Shown here: one piece after another, positions 27,923-38,288 of the stretch
Layout of the letters: each line of letters begins with the position of its first letter
Position numbering within the stretch: the stretch's first letter is position 1
From: Clostridia bacterium
Lineage (GTDB): Bacteria > Bacillota > Clostridia > Oscillospirales > CAG-272
Assembly: GCA_017441005.1 (NCBI GenBank)
Contig: JAFSAM010000073.1
Coordinates: forward strand, 7,619 to 71,618
Reading direction: 5' to 3'
Length of the DNA: 64,000 nucleotides
Program-made: the position numbers and the translations under genes
Notes under the pieces: model-generated
What the model saw: the letters and a program-made list of their open reading frames with translations, nothing else
Databases searched by the model: none
Told to the model about the DNA's origin: nothing

Positions 27923-28591
27923 TCAGCTAACAAAAAGTTTGATCCATTCAAAGTTATAAAAAAATTCAAATAATACAGTGCTTTCCACGGTCGTCATATT
28001 AATAACCTCTGGATAAACGGAGGAAACGACAGGAAGCACAATTTGCATAAAAGCACTGAAGATCATCAAATAAACAACAGCCATAACACAGCCAAGTCCC
28101 AAGGACAAAACCTTATTAATCGTGTTCAATACCGGAAGCTTAAATATGGTACTTAAAATAACACCCAATATCTTAAACAAAATAACGGTAAGGATAAAAA
28201 CCACCAGAAACGCAACGGCATAAGAAAGAAGACCTACAATGTTCTCCGAAATAGCTTGTGCCATATTATCTGTAACTCTCGAGTTGATCTCGGTAGCCAG
28301 CTCGGGATTGTATTTTGTAAGCGTATTTGATACACTATCCAATTCAAGCAGTGAAGGTAATTTGTTTTCGGAAATCAAGTCAGACACAACATTGTTTATG
28401 CCGTCAAAAGCTCCCCTGTACAAAATATCATAAAGCCAAGTCGACACAACAGGAGAAAATATCTTACCGAATATAACGGCAAATATTACCGAACAAAAGC
28501 CGAGCAAAGTTTTAATAAACCCGCGACTGACAACTGATATTATCGTTCCTAAAATGATAAGAACAACGATTGAGTCTAAAACTATTGCCAT
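27923..28591 (-). CDS. CvpA-family membrane protein
   Basis: 222 aa with 4-5 TM helices and a CvpA-like N-terminus: LDSIVVLIILGTIISVVSRGFIKTLL. Confidence 0.7.
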   Translation of the reverse strand: MAIVLDSIVVLIILGTIISVVSRGFIKTLLGFCSVIFAVIFGKIFSPVVSTWLYDILYRGAFDGINNVVSDLISENKLPSLLELDSVSNTLTKYNPELATEINSRVTDNMAQAISENIVGLLSYAVAFLVVFILTVILFKILGVILSTIFKLPVLNTINKVLSLGLGCVMAVVYLMIFSAFMQIVLPVVSSVYPEVINMTTVESTVLFEFFYNFEWIKLFVS

Positions 28592-28609
28592 AGATACTCC
28601 TTTCGAATT

Positions 28610-29824
28610 TTAGTCGGTGGTAACCCTGATCGTACGGTCAGAATAACACACTAAAACGCTGTTTTCGTTAACAACAAGCAAATCAATTGCGTTTCTTGCG
28701 GTGTCGTAATAATCTATATTTCCGTTAGAAATATTGATCTTACAGACTTTACCGTCCAACAGAACAAATACATACTTGTTATAACATCTGAGTTTTTTGG
28801 GTTGACCGTCAGCATCAGCGTTAAGGATCAGCTCACCACTCGAATCAAAAACAAGAACTCTCATATTATTTCCTACGATATTTTCGCTATATGTTAAAAG
28901 TGTATACTTGTCAGAAATTTCTGTTGTGATCGGCACCATATTCAATGGGAAGGTATACGTGTTGCGTAAAACAAACTCACTGTCATAAAACTCGATCTTG
29001 TCATCATATATTACCGAGTAACCGCCATCATCATTATACCCTACCTTGAGAGCCATTGAGCCTACAACCTCTGTTTTGGAACTGGGAGTTTCGGAAAAAG
29101 GCACGTAATTCATGATCTCTGAACAGTAATTACCATCCTTTGAATAAACAGAAGCAATCAAAACTTCAGAACTATCCCGATTAAATTCAACGTCCATAAT
29201 ATATTTGTCTTTATAAATAGAGCCTATTCTCTTAAAGCTCGAATTATACAAATAAACAGCAGATTTATATTCAGCCGTACGGGTAACAATAGCATACATA
29301 CCGTCGTCACTGACAGCCGCTCCCGTTATAGGATAATCAAATACCTCTGTATGTAACTTTGAAAAAGTATTATACAAAGTACACGTGTATTCGCTCAATC
29401 CATAAACAAGCAGATATTTATCACTTGTTACAACAACGGGGTTTGAAAAACTACTTTCCTCGTTCATTCTTCTGTTACCTTGAAGATCGCACAGATAAAA
29501 ATACGAACTTCCGGCGATTACAAGATCTCCCTTGTATAAAGCTAAATCGAGCTGAGCATCGGAATCGTAGGATATAGTGCTACCGGAGGTGGAAAAGTTA
29601 ACATTCTCCCCCATTTCAAGGTCTTTGAAAAGGTATCTCAAATTTTCGACAGTGATCTCGTCTCTGAAAAGAACGACGGTGGTTAAAAGAAATGCCACCA
29701 AAAAGCAGATCGCCACGTATTTAGCAACCTTAAAACGCCCCGCTAAAACCATATAATATGAATTAACCTTTGGTTTTTTTTCGGATATACTTATTTGATT
29801 TTCCTTTTTTACTTCAGGAAGCAT
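28610..29824 (-). CDS. Membrane-anchored beta-rich protein of unknown function (possibly DUF5711-like)
   Basis: ATG 29824 follows GGAG by 7-8 nt, whereas the ORF-track start at 29938 would overlap truA. A short cytoplasmic tail and one TM helix (YVAICFLVAFLLTTVVLF) precede about 340 aa of repeated beta-strand-like Y/V/D-rich segments. Confidence 0.7.
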   Translation of the reverse strand: MLPEVKKENQISISEKKPKVNSYYMVLAGRFKVAKYVAICFLVAFLLTTVVLFRDEITVENLRYLFKDLEMGENVNFSTSGSTISYDSDAQLDLALYKGDLVIAGSSYFYLCDLQGNRRMNEESSFSNPVVVTSDKYLLVYGLSEYTCTLYNTFSKLHTEVFDYPITGAAVSDDGMYAIVTRTAEYKSAVYLYNSSFKRIGSIYKDKYIMDVEFNRDSSEVLIASVYSKDGNYCSEIMNYVPFSETPSSKTEVVGSMALKVGYNDDGGYSVIYDDKIEFYDSEFVLRNTYTFPLNMVPITTEISDKYTLLTYSENIVGNNMRVLVFDSSGELILNADADGQPKKLRCYNKYVFVLLDGKVCKINISNGNIDYYDTARNAIDLLVVNENSVLVCYSDRTIRVTTD

Positions 29825-29834
29825 AATAATCTCC

Positions 29835-30587
29835 TCAATAAACGACTTTACTAAGATACAACCCCTCGGGTGGTGCCGTAAAGCCGGCATTTTTTCTGTT
29901 TTTTGACGCAATGATCTCAGGAATATCTCCGACAGCAATCTTCCTCTCGGACACCTCGATCAGAGTACCTACGAGTATTCTCACCATGTTATATAAAAAA
30001 CCGTCTGCGGCGACGTTTATAATAACACGGTCCCCTTCGCGTCTCACTGTAAAATATTTTATTTCACGTACGGTATCCTCGACAGATGAGCCAACTGACA
30101 TAAAGCCGGCAAAATCGTGTTTACCAACAAAATAATCAGCCGCATCCGACATAAGCTTTTCATCGAGAGTTTTCGGATAGCAAAAAGCTCGATTGTTCAA
30201 AAAAACGTTTCTGATAGGACTGTTCCAGATCAAATACTCATATTCTTTATATACGACGTCATACCTCGGGTGGAATGAATCGTCCTTGAATTCGGCATTC
30301 AGGACAGAAACGTCAACTGGTAAATAACGATTCATAACGATCGGTATTTTGTCGACGGGAATCGAAACATTATCATCCTTGAAATCGACGGCACAGCAAA
30401 AGGCTTTTGCGTGAACTCCGCTATCAGTTCTGCTGCATCCCGTAACTGAATATCTTTTACCAAATGAGCTTTCAACAGCATCCTGAACAGCCTTTTGTAC
30501 TGTTGGAGCATTTGTTTGAACCTGCCAACCGCTATATTCTGTTCCGTCATAAGAGACAATCAACTTACACTTCAAAATATCACCCAA
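29835..30587 (-). CDS. truA: tRNA pseudouridine(38-40) synthase
   Basis: YDGTEYSGWQVQ and GCSRTDSGVHA (catalytic Asp) motifs. Conserved position after ecfT. Confidence 0.95.
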   Translation of the reverse strand: MGDILKCKLIVSYDGTEYSGWQVQTNAPTVQKAVQDAVESSFGKRYSVTGCSRTDSGVHAKAFCCAVDFKDDNVSIPVDKIPIVMNRYLPVDVSVLNAEFKDDSFHPRYDVVYKEYEYLIWNSPIRNVFLNNRAFCYPKTLDEKLMSDAADYFVGKHDFAGFMSVGSSVEDTVREIKYFTVRREGDRVIINVAADGFLYNMVRILVGTLIEVSERKIAVGDIPEIIASKNRKNAGFTAPPEGLYLSKVVY

Positions 30588-30591
30588 ATTA

Positions 30592-31413
30592 TCATACTAC
30601 AAGAACAGGTAAATAAATATTGATCAAAACAACACCTGCACACATAAGCACAGTTATAAACAGGAATATAAAATCCAGCGCCTTATATTTCAAAGATTTC
30701 ATCCTTGTTCTTCCGCTTCCGCCCCTGTAGCATCTGCACTCCATTGCCGTTGCAAGGTCATCGGCTCGCCTGATTGATGAAACAAAAAGAGGAATAAGCA
30801 CAGGAATCAAAGCCTTCGCCCTTCTTAAAAGACTTCCGGACGTGAAGTCGGCTCCCCTCGCCTTCTGTGCATTCATGATCTTATCGGTTTCTTCAATAAG
30901 AGTCGGTATAAACCTGAGGGCTATCGACATCATCATAGAGAACTCGTGTACGGGAAGCTTGATTTTTTTCAGCGGTGCCAGCAATTGCTCAATGCCGTCA
31001 GTTAAATTAATGGGAGACGTCGTATAAGTAAGCAAAATACTCGTTCCCGTAATTAAGCAAACTATACGAAGCACCATATAAAACGCAAAAAGCAGACCTT
31101 CGGCATATATGTGAATAAACTTCCACTCAACAAGAAGATGATCGCCCTTTGTCCAGAAAATGTTAATAACAGCAGTAAAAACTATTATAAACATAATGGG
31201 TTTAATACCGCGCAAAACAGGTTTTAATGGCAGTTTGCTTATAATAAGCAACAATACCACCGCAAGAAACATCAGAGCATAAGACACAGCAGACTCAGCC
31301 AAGAAGATAAACACGATAAAAACAACAGTAAGTATTATCTTCATGCGCGGATCTAAACGGTGAATGACAGAGTTACCGGGAAAGAACTGACCTAATGTAA
31401 TATCACGAATCAT
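30592..31413 (-). CDS. ecfT: Energy-coupling factor transporter transmembrane subunit
   Basis: 273 aa, multi-TM, with the LDPRMKI start and ARGA / RRADDLATAMECR coupling-helix motifs. 4-nt overlap with ecfA2. Confidence 0.92.
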   Translation of the reverse strand: MIRDITLGQFFPGNSVIHRLDPRMKIILTVVFIVFIFLAESAVSYALMFLAVVLLLIISKLPLKPVLRGIKPIMFIIVFTAVINIFWTKGDHLLVEWKFIHIYAEGLLFAFYMVLRIVCLITGTSILLTYTTSPINLTDGIEQLLAPLKKIKLPVHEFSMMMSIALRFIPTLIEETDKIMNAQKARGADFTSGSLLRRAKALIPVLIPLFVSSIRRADDLATAMECRCYRGGSGRTRMKSLKYKALDFIFLFITVLMCAGVVLINIYLPVLVV

Positions 31414-32276
31414 CGTGCCCCTCCCCTCTTTTCAAGCGCCAAAAGGGTTGCCTTAATAGCACTGTCTACCGTAAAAACGTTTTCCGGGACATTTAAACCC
31501 ATACTACGCATTTTTTTGAACAAATGCGTAATCTGCGGAACGTCAAGACCAACCTCGATGAGTTTGTCAGATTGTGCAAAGATATCGGATGTCTTTCCCT
31601 GCATATAGACCGAAGCTTTGTTCATAACAACGATCTCGTCACAATAAACTGCCATGTCCTCCATACTGTGACTTACTATGATCACAGTTGTCCCGGTCTG
31701 TCTTTGGAAGGTTCTGATGCCACCGAGAATCTCCTCGCGTCCGATCGGGTCAAGCCCTGCGGCAGGTTCATCGAGAATAAGGATCCCGGGCTTCATCGCC
31801 ATAACTCCCGCAATAGCAACACGGCGTTTTTGCCCCCCCGAAAGATCGAACGGAGATTTATCAAAATACTCGTCTGTAATTCCACAGAAAAAAGCAGCTT
31901 CACTTACTCTTTTTTCAATTTCTTCTTTTTCGAGCTTCATATTTGTGGGACCGTATGCAATATCTTTTCTTACTGTTTCCTCAAAAAGCTGGTATTCGGG
32001 GTACTGCATAACCAAACCGACCTTGAACCTGACGGAGGTAATATCCTTTGGATTCTTCCATATATCTTCTCCATCCAAAAGAATAGTCCCCTCTGTCGGC
32101 TCGAGTAAACCGTTAAGCAGCTGAACCAAGGTTGATTTTCCCGAACCGGTATGACCTATAAGACCGGTAATAACACCGCTTTTAAAAGAAATATTTACAT
32201 TGTCCAACGCTTTCTTTTCAAAAGGAGTACCCGCGCTGTAAATATATGATACGTCTTTTAAAGTTAGTTCTGCCAT
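31410..32276 (-). CDS. ecfA2: ECF transporter ATPase subunit A2
   Basis: Walker A GHTGSGKST, signature LSGGQKRRVAIAGV, Walker B LILDEPAAGLD. Second ATPase of the ecfA1-ecfA2-ecfT array. Confidence 0.92.
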   Translation of the reverse strand: MAELTLKDVSYIYSAGTPFEKKALDNVNISFKSGVITGLIGHTGSGKSTLVQLLNGLLEPTEGTILLDGEDIWKNPKDITSVRFKVGLVMQYPEYQLFEETVRKDIAYGPTNMKLEKEEIEKRVSEAAFFCGITDEYFDKSPFDLSGGQKRRVAIAGVMAMKPGILILDEPAAGLDPIGREEILGGIRTFQRQTGTTVIIVSHSMEDMAVYCDEIVVMNKASVYMQGKTSDIFAQSDKLIEVGLDVPQITHLFKKMRSMGLNVPENVFTVDSAIKATLLALEKRGGAR

Positions 32277-33134
32277 TTATCCAAACAACGAAGCCAGCGC
32301 TTCTGCTCCTTCATCAATATCAATAATATCAGACGGCAAAGTGATGCCGTATTTCTTTAATTCATAGATAAGCTCTGTCACCTGAGGCACATCAAGCCCT
32401 ATCTGGTGAAGCTTACTTACGTTAGAAAAAACCGCCTTAGGCTTATTGTTCATACAAACGTGACCCTCATTTATAACAATGACTCTATCTGCGTTTACAG
32501 CCTCATTCATGTTATGCGTAATATGAATAACAGTAATTCCCTTTTCTTTGTTAAGCTTTTCAATAGCCCTCATTACGTCCTTTCTGCCCGAAGGGTCAAG
32601 CATAGACGTCGCTTCATCGAAGACAATGCACTCCGGAAGCATCGCTATAATACCCGCAATAGCTACTCGCTGTTTTTGACCGCCCGAAAGCTGAGCCGGA
32701 GAATGACGTGCAAATTCAGTCATCCCAACCTCTGCAAGAGCACCATCGACCCTCTTTCTGATTTCTTCGGGCTCAACGCCGAGATTTTCGGGACCAAAAG
32801 CAACGTCTTCTTCTACCACAGAAGAAACAAGCTGATTATCGGGATTCTGGAAAACCATACCGATTCTTTGACGGACAGAATATACCTCATCATCCGTCAT
32901 TTGATCGGAAGTAATATCCAGCCCATCTATAACAATTTTTCCGCTTGCCGGGGCAAGGATCATATTGAGGAGCTTAGCAAGGGTAGATTTACCCGAGCCG
33001 TTATGCCCCAGGACCACTACAAACTCACCCTTTTGAATTTCAAAAGATACGTTTTTCAGTACAGGAATATCCTCATCGTTATCGTCCTTATAACTGAAAC
33101 ATACGTTTTCGACTTTTATAAAAGCTTCAGACAT
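32277..33134 (-). CDS. ecfA1: ECF transporter ATPase subunit A1
   Basis: Walker A GHNGSGKST, signature LSGGQKQRVAIAGI, Walker B IVFDEATSMLD. ATG 33134 overlaps the upstream stop (TAATG), so it is preferred over ORF-track start 33170. Confidence 0.92.
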   Translation of the reverse strand: MSEAFIKVENVCFSYKDDNDEDIPVLKNVSFEIQKGEFVVVLGHNGSGKSTLAKLLNMILAPASGKIVIDGLDITSDQMTDDEVYSVRQRIGMVFQNPDNQLVSSVVEEDVAFGPENLGVEPEEIRKRVDGALAEVGMTEFARHSPAQLSGGQKQRVAIAGIIAMLPECIVFDEATSMLDPSGRKDVMRAIEKLNKEKGITVIHITHNMNEAVNADRVIVINEGHVCMNNKPKAVFSNVSKLHQIGLDVPQVTELIYELKKYGITLPSDIIDIDEGAEALASLFG

Positions 33135-34006
33135 TATTTTTCTCCAATATAGAATGATGACGCACCGCAAGGTAAAATTTCTCCCGTCTCGGTTACCTTG
33201 AGTCCGATTTCATCAAGTTCGGTTCTTCCGCCGAATTTTGATTTTATTTTAGTGTTCAAAATATAACCTACTGCCGCAGGCGATAACCCCGTAGTATAGG
33301 AATTAACAAGAAAGAAAAGCGGATCGTCGCTCAAAACACAGGCAGCTTTGCCGATAAAATCAGCAATACACTCTTCAAGCTTCCAAACCTCTCCTCCGGG
33401 GCCTCTGCCGTATGAAGGAGGATCCATAATTACGGCGTCGTACTTATTACCCCTTCTTATTTCGCGCTCGACAAATTTCTGACAGTCGTCGACAATGTAT
33501 CTTATGGGAGCATTTTCAAGTCCCGAAAGCCTTGCATTCTCCTTTGCTTGAAGTGTCATTCCCTTCGAAGCATCTACGTGAACTACGGAAGCCCCCGCTT
33601 TAGCACAGGCAACCGTTGCTCCGCCCGTGTATGCAAAAAGATTAAGCACCTTAATAGGTCGGCCCGCATTCTTAATGAGATCGTACATTTTTTCCCAGTT
33701 AACAGCCTGTTCGGGAAAAAGACCTGTATGCTTGAATCCCATCGGTTTCAATACAAAAGTGAGATCAAGCTTTTCAAATCTAATGTTCCACTGCTCCGGA
33801 AGCTTGTTTTGATTCCAGGCGCCTCCTCCCGATTTTGAACGGGAATAAACGGCATCCGGCTTTTTCCAAGCGGGATGTTTTTTCATATCATTCCAGATCA
33901 CCTGCGGATCGGGACGTACAAGTGTATATTTTCCCCAGCGCTCGAGTCTTTCGCCGTCACTGGTATCAAGCAATTCATAATCAGTCCAATTGTTTGTATA
34001 ACGCAT
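33134..34006 (-). CDS. Class I SAM-dependent methyltransferase (RlmI/COG1092-like rRNA methyltransferase)
   Basis: VLNLFAYTGGATVACAKAGA (SAM motif I), VHVDASK, and IMDPPSYGRG (motif IV). Confidence 0.8.
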   Translation of the reverse strand: MRYTNNWTDYELLDTSDGERLERWGKYTLVRPDPQVIWNDMKKHPAWKKPDAVYSRSKSGGGAWNQNKLPEQWNIRFEKLDLTFVLKPMGFKHTGLFPEQAVNWEKMYDLIKNAGRPIKVLNLFAYTGGATVACAKAGASVVHVDASKGMTLQAKENARLSGLENAPIRYIVDDCQKFVEREIRRGNKYDAVIMDPPSYGRGPGGEVWKLEECIADFIGKAACVLSDDPLFFLVNSYTTGLSPAAVGYILNTKIKSKFGGRTELDEIGLKVTETGEILPCGASSFYIGEK

Positions 34007-34020
34007 TACGATTCACCACG

Positions 34021-35085
34021 TCATTCATCAATATCGTCCAAGGTCATTTGTGCATCATTTATACCCTTATAAGGCAAGCCCAAATGCTCGTATCCAAGCT
34101 TCGTGACACAACGACCGCGCAATGTGCGGCTGAGGAAACCGAGCTGCATAAGATATGGTTCATAAACATCTTCGATAGTAACCGCCTCTTCACCGATGGT
34201 GGCAGAAAGCGTCTCAAGTCCCACAGGACCGCCGTTGTAGATGTTTATAATCGTCTCAAGCATTCTTCTGTCGACGTTGTCAAGACCGAGCTCGTCTATC
34301 TCAAGCATACTTAAAGCATATTGCGCAATTTCAAGATCTATCTTTCCCTCGCCCTTGACTTCGGCAAAATCACGCACTCTCTTCAAAAGACGGTTGGCAA
34401 TTCTCGGAGTTCCCCTCGAACGGGATGCAATCTCATAAGCACCGTCATCATCTATCTCGACGTTAAGCAGACCGGCACTTCTTGTAATTATCCTTGCAAG
34501 TTCGTCAGGAGAATACATTTCAAGCTTTGAAATAACACCAAATCTGTCACGAAGAGGGGTGGAAAGCTGTCCCGCTCTGGTGGTTGCACCTATAAGAGTA
34601 AACTTAGGCAACGGAAGCCTTATACTTCTTGCCGCAGGACCTTTACCGATAATAATGTCAAGCGCGTAATCCTCAAGTGCGGGATAGAGTATTTCCTCAA
34701 CTGATCTGTTAAGTCTGTGAATCTCGTCGATAAACAGTATATCGTTCTCTCCCAAATTGGTAAGGAGCGCCGCCAGATCCCCCTGCTTTTCTATAGCAGG
34801 TCCCGACGTGATCCTGATGTTTACCCCCATCTCGTTAGCAATAATCGAAGCTAAAGTTGTTTTACCGAGTCCGGGAGGACCATAAAGCAAAACGTGATCA
34901 AGCACGTCGCCGCGTTTTTTTGCCGCCTCTATATAAATCTTAAGATTCTCCTTTGCCTTGACCTGACCGACGTATTCCTCAAGGGTGGTTGGACGAAGGC
35001 TTACTTCCGTAACAGAGTCCTCCTCGGTATACGAGGTCGACATAATTCTGTTTTCAAATTCACTGTCAAATTCTTCGGTAAACAT
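34021..35085 (-). CDS. ruvB: Holliday junction branch migration DNA helicase RuvB
   Basis: [12 protein letters not shown], Walker [10 protein letters not shown], Walker [23 protein letters not shown]. Confidence 0.97.
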   Translation of the reverse strand: MFTEEFDSEFENRIMSTSYTEEDSVTEVSLRPTTLEEYVGQVKAKENLKIYIEAAKKRGDVLDHVLLYGPPGLGKTTLASIIANEMGVNIRITSGPAIEKQGDLAALLTNLGENDILFIDEIHRLNRSVEEILYPALEDYALDIIIGKGPAARSIRLPLPKFTLIGATTRAGQLSTPLRDRFGVISKLEMYSPDELARIITRSAGLLNVEIDDDGAYEIASRSRGTPRIANRLLKRVRDFAEVKGEGKIDLEIAQYALSMLEIDELGLDNVDRRMLETIINIYNGGPVGLETLSATIGEEAVTIEDVYEPYLMQLGFLSRTLRGRCVTKLGYEHLGLPYKGINDAQMTLDDIDE

Positions 35086-35099
35086 AAATTATTCCTCCG

Positions 35100-35705
35100 T
35101 CATTTCATCAATCGTTTCAGCGCTTCGCGAATAATATCCTCAAGCTCCATATTCTGTACGTTAAGTCCGCGCAAAGCAGCTGCCGCCTCAGACTGCTTAT
35201 AACCGAGTACCATAAGCGCATTCTGAGCTTCACTCATTTTCTCGGAGGCGTTACCTCCGACAGCGACGGTATCAACAGAAACATCTTCTCCGATCGGTAC
35301 GGTTTTGGCAATTTTATCTTTAAGTTCGAGAACGATCCTTGCCGCAGTTTTTGCTCCGACGTTTTGAGCTTTTGAAATAAGCTTTGTGTCTCCGTTCATA
35401 ACCGCAACAGCGAAGCTTTCCGGCGAAAGCGCAGACATGATGTTTATAGCGGCCTTGGGACCTACTCCGGAAACAGTAATGAGCAGCTTAAAAGTATCTC
35501 TCTCCTCGGTGTCATAGAAACCAAAAAGCTCAACACCGTCTTCGCGAACGCTGAAATGCGTATACAACTTTACCTTCTGTCCGGGTGTTTTAAGATATCT
35601 TTGTGTGTTCAAACTCACTGTAAGACAATATCCAACCCCATTGCAATCGACTACAGCCATATTAGATTCAACGGCGACAAGCTCGCCCGATATATGATAA
35701 AACAT
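35100..35705 (-). CDS. ruvA: Holliday junction DNA-binding protein RuvA
   Basis: MFYHISGEL start, HhH region LLITVSGVGPKAA / AQNVGAKTAARI; 201 aa, upstream of ruvB. Confidence 0.95.
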   Translation of the reverse strand: MFYHISGELVAVESNMAVVDCNGVGYCLTVSLNTQRYLKTPGQKVKLYTHFSVREDGVELFGFYDTEERDTFKLLITVSGVGPKAAINIMSALSPESFAVAVMNGDTKLISKAQNVGAKTAARIVLELKDKIAKTVPIGEDVSVDTVAVGGNASEKMSEAQNALMVLGYKQSEAAAALRGLNVQNMELEDIIREALKRLMK

Positions 35706-35723
35706 GAAACGACCTCCTGAATA

Positions 35724-36215
35724 TTAACGGAATTTTGATAACAGCGACCCGTTGGTATGTGCGTGACAGATTGCGATCGCCAAAGCATCAGCTGTATCGT
35801 CAAGTTTGGGCTTTTTTTCAAGATTCAGAAAGCTGACCACCATAGCAATAACCTGCTTTTTCTCAGCCCTTCCGTAGCCGACTATAGCTTGTTTTACCTG
35901 AAGAGGGGTGTACTCAAAAATTTTGAGCCCGTTGTTCACGGCGCACAATAGCATCACGCCCCTCGCTTCAGCAACAAGAATCGCCGTCTTTTGATTTGTG
36001 TTAAAAAACAATTCTTCGATAGCGACACAATCCGGATGGTACATCTTAATAAGTGTATCGAGCTCATCGTAAATCACTTTAATTCTATCTTCCGGATTCG
36101 TATGTGCGGGAGTAGTAATAGCCCCGTAAGCCAAGGTCTTAAAACGCATATTTTTATATTCAATTATACCGTACCCTACAATGGCATAACCGGGGTCGAT
36201 ACCCAATATAATCAT
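35724..36215 (-). CDS. ruvC: Crossover junction endodeoxyribonuclease RuvC
   Basis: MIILGIDPGYAIVGYG (catalytic Asp), EELFFN, DDTADALAIAICH. Confidence 0.95.
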   Translation of the reverse strand: MIILGIDPGYAIVGYGIIEYKNMRFKTLAYGAITTPAHTNPEDRIKVIYDELDTLIKMYHPDCVAIEELFFNTNQKTAILVAEARGVMLLCAVNNGLKIFEYTPLQVKQAIVGYGRAEKKQVIAMVVSFLNLEKKPKLDDTADALAIAICHAHTNGSLLSKFR

Positions 36216-36301
36216 AGAAACACCTATATATATTTAAAATCATAATATTATAACATATATTTCCCAAACTGTAAAGAGTTTAACTGTTAATTTTGTGTTA
36301 T

Positions 36302-36330
36302 GTAATATAAAGGATTGTCCCGCATATAAT
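36302..36330 (+). promoter_or_regulatory. Possible sigma-E-type sporulation promoter for spoIIIA
   Basis: CATATAAT (36323-36330) resembles the sigma-E -10 consensus (CATACA.T), with an ATA-rich -35-like GTAATATA 13 nt upstream. Assigned by analogy to B. subtilis spoIIIA only. Confidence 0.3.
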
Positions 36331-36351
36331 TGAGTTGAAAGGAAGAATAAT

Positions 36352-37206
36352 ATGATCCTTGATACACTAATCGAAAAAAGCATTCCGTTTGATGTTTTGA
36401 AGAAGATCCGGGAAATGCCTAGCTTAAATGAAATAAGACTCCGAAAGGACTGCCCCTTCTGTCTCGTAGCCGATGGCAAAAACTATGTTTTCAGCTATGT
36501 AACTACCAAAAAAGAAATCGATCAATGCATAAACATTCTTTGCAAAAACTCCGTCCATACATATTATGAATTTATAAACCAAGGTTATATCCCTACCGAT
36601 AACGGTTACAAAGTTGGGGTATGCGGCAAAGCGGTTTTAGAAAAGAAAAACATAATAAACATATCCGAGATAACAGGAATAAACATAAGAGTCCCCGCGC
36701 AAAAAGTCAGTATATCAAGCGATTTTTTGGCCTTCCTTCCCTACAGCAAGGGACTTCTGGTATACTCTGCGCCAAATGTTGGAAAAACCACATTTTTGAA
36801 GTGTGTTGCCGCACATCTATCATTACCCCCTTACAACAAAAAGGTGTGCGTTGTTGACTGCAAAAACGAAATATATTCCGATACACTTCACAAAAAATGC
36901 CCGATAGATTTTTTCATAGGTTATCCCAAGTACGAGGCAATAGAAATGGCCGTAAGAAACATGTCGCCTGATTTTATAATTTGCGACGAGATCGGCCTGA
37001 CAGATGACGTAACACCGCTCATTGAATGCAAAAACTCCGGTGTCTCGGTAATATGCTCCGCCCACGCAGATACACTGAACGACTTAGTAAAACGAAAAAA
37101 TATACTTGAAATGCAAACAAAAAAAACGTTCGGCGGCTATGTTGGAATCAAGTTAGAAAAAACAAACCGCCGATACACCTTTACCGATGCCGAGGAGATA
37201 CAGTGA
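36352..37206 (+). CDS. spoIIIAA: Stage III sporulation protein AA (secretion-type ATPase)
   Basis: Walker A SAPNVGKTTFLK, Walker B FIICDEIG; first gene of an 8-gene array with canonical sizes and order. Confidence 0.9.
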   Translation: MILDTLIEKSIPFDVLKKIREMPSLNEIRLRKDCPFCLVADGKNYVFSYVTTKKEIDQCINILCKNSVHTYYEFINQGYIPTDNGYKVGVCGKAVLEKKNIINISEITGINIRVPAQKVSISSDFLAFLPYSKGLLVYSAPNVGKTTFLKCVAAHLSLPPYNKKVCVVDCKNEIYSDTLHKKCPIDFFIGYPKYEAIEMAVRNMSPDFIICDEIGLTDDVTPLIECKNSGVSVICSAHADTLNDLVKRKNILEMQTKKTFGGYVGIKLEKTNRRYTFTDAEEIQ

Positions 37207-37682
37207 TAAAACTAATAGGAGCTTGCGCGATAATAATTTGCACATTAGGTATGGGACTCCACATAACCGGAAAGAACAAAAAAAGCCTAATATTTACAAA
37301 AGAAATGCTCGAACTAATGAAGCACGCAAAAGATAAAATCGAATATTATAATGCTCCGATCGACGAGATTTTTGAAAGCTATACTGCCAAAAAACCACAA
37401 TTTATTGATTCGATAAACAAAATCAAGACAGATGGATGGGAAAGCGTAACCGAAATGCAAAACGAAATAAATCTTTCGAAGGAAGTCCAAAGCATTATCA
37501 ACGAATTCGGAAACAAGCTCGGAAAAAGCAACAAACAGGATCAGTTGTCTATGTGCAATTATTGCATAAACAGACTCGAAAACATATACAAGGATATGCA
37601 AAAAAACCTCCCCGAAAAAAACAAAGTCACCGTTGCGCTGTGCATCTACAGCGGGCTAATGATCATCATACTGTTTATTTGA
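37203..37682 (+). CDS. spoIIIAB: Stage III sporulation protein AB
   Basis: 159 aa with N- and C-terminal TM helices; 4-nt overlap with spoIIIAA. Position and size fit. Confidence 0.85.
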   Translation: MIKLIGACAIIICTLGMGLHITGKNKKSLIFTKEMLELMKHAKDKIEYYNAPIDEIFESYTAKKPQFIDSINKIKTDGWESVTEMQNEINLSKEVQSIINEFGNKLGKSNKQDQLSMCNYCINRLENIYKDMQKNLPEKNKVTVALCIYSGLMIIILFI

Positions 37683-37693
37683 GGTAAGAAAAA

Positions 37694-37888
37694 ATGGATA
37701 TTTCACTCATACTCAAGATTGGAGGAATCGGACTGCTTGTAAGTGTTATCTGCCAGGTACTTTCAAAGTCAGGACGAGATGACCAGGCAATGCTTGTCTC
37801 GATTGCCGGAATAATAATTGTGCTTATGTTTCTGATCAAAGAGTTTTCATCGCTGATAAATTCAATCAAAAGCATATTCGGACTATAA
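37694..37888 (+). CDS. spoIIIAC: Stage III sporulation protein AC
   Basis: 64-aa two-TM protein (ILKIGGIGLLVSVICQVL...), typical of SpoIIIAC. Confidence 0.88.
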   Translation: MDISLILKIGGIGLLVSVICQVLSKSGRDDQAMLVSIAGIIIVLMFLIKEFSSLINSIKSIFGL

Positions 37889-37893
37889 CTAAT

Positions 37894-38280
37894 ATGGATT
37901 ATATGATTCTGTGCGGTACTGCCATTCTCGCGGTAGTGCTCATTTTGGTGTTCAAGCAATTAAAAAGCAACTATGCACTCCCCCTGGCGACTGTCTTCGG
38001 GATCATCCTAATGAGACAAGCCTTGAAAAATCTTGCTCCGGAATTATCTTTTTTTAATTCGATCACTGAAAAGTTAATTCTCCCCCGGACCGGTAATATA
38101 ATATTAAAAATTTTCGGCATCTCAATGATCGTTGAAACAACGGCAGACATTTGCAGGGATGCAAACGAAAACACAATTGCATCAAAAATTGAACTGATCG
38201 GCAAGGTGGAAATATTAATCATAACCCTCCCGCTGATCAAAGAGATATTAAAAATAATAGAATCACTTATGCTGAATTGA
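37894..38280 (+). CDS. spoIIIAD: Stage III sporulation protein AD
   Basis: 128-aa multi-TM protein following spoIIIAC. IGKVEILIITLPLI block. Confidence 0.85.
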   Translation: MDYMILCGTAILAVVLILVFKQLKSNYALPLATVFGIILMRQALKNLAPELSFFNSITEKLILPRTGNIILKIFGISMIVETTADICRDANENTIASKIELIGKVEILIITLPLIKEILKIIESLMLN

Positions 38281-38288
38281 GGTAACAA

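Noticed and set aside
31524-33152. Long plus-strand ORFs (194, 148 and 248 aa) opposite ecfA1/ecfA2. Similar antisense ORFs occur at 7717-8271, 15211-15780, 44284-44823, 45796-46488, 52502-53164 and 60212-60829.
   Set aside because: Each is antisense to a gene with unambiguous family motifs. None has a plausible RBS or any recognisable motif. Long antisense ORFs are expected by chance opposite biased coding sequence.
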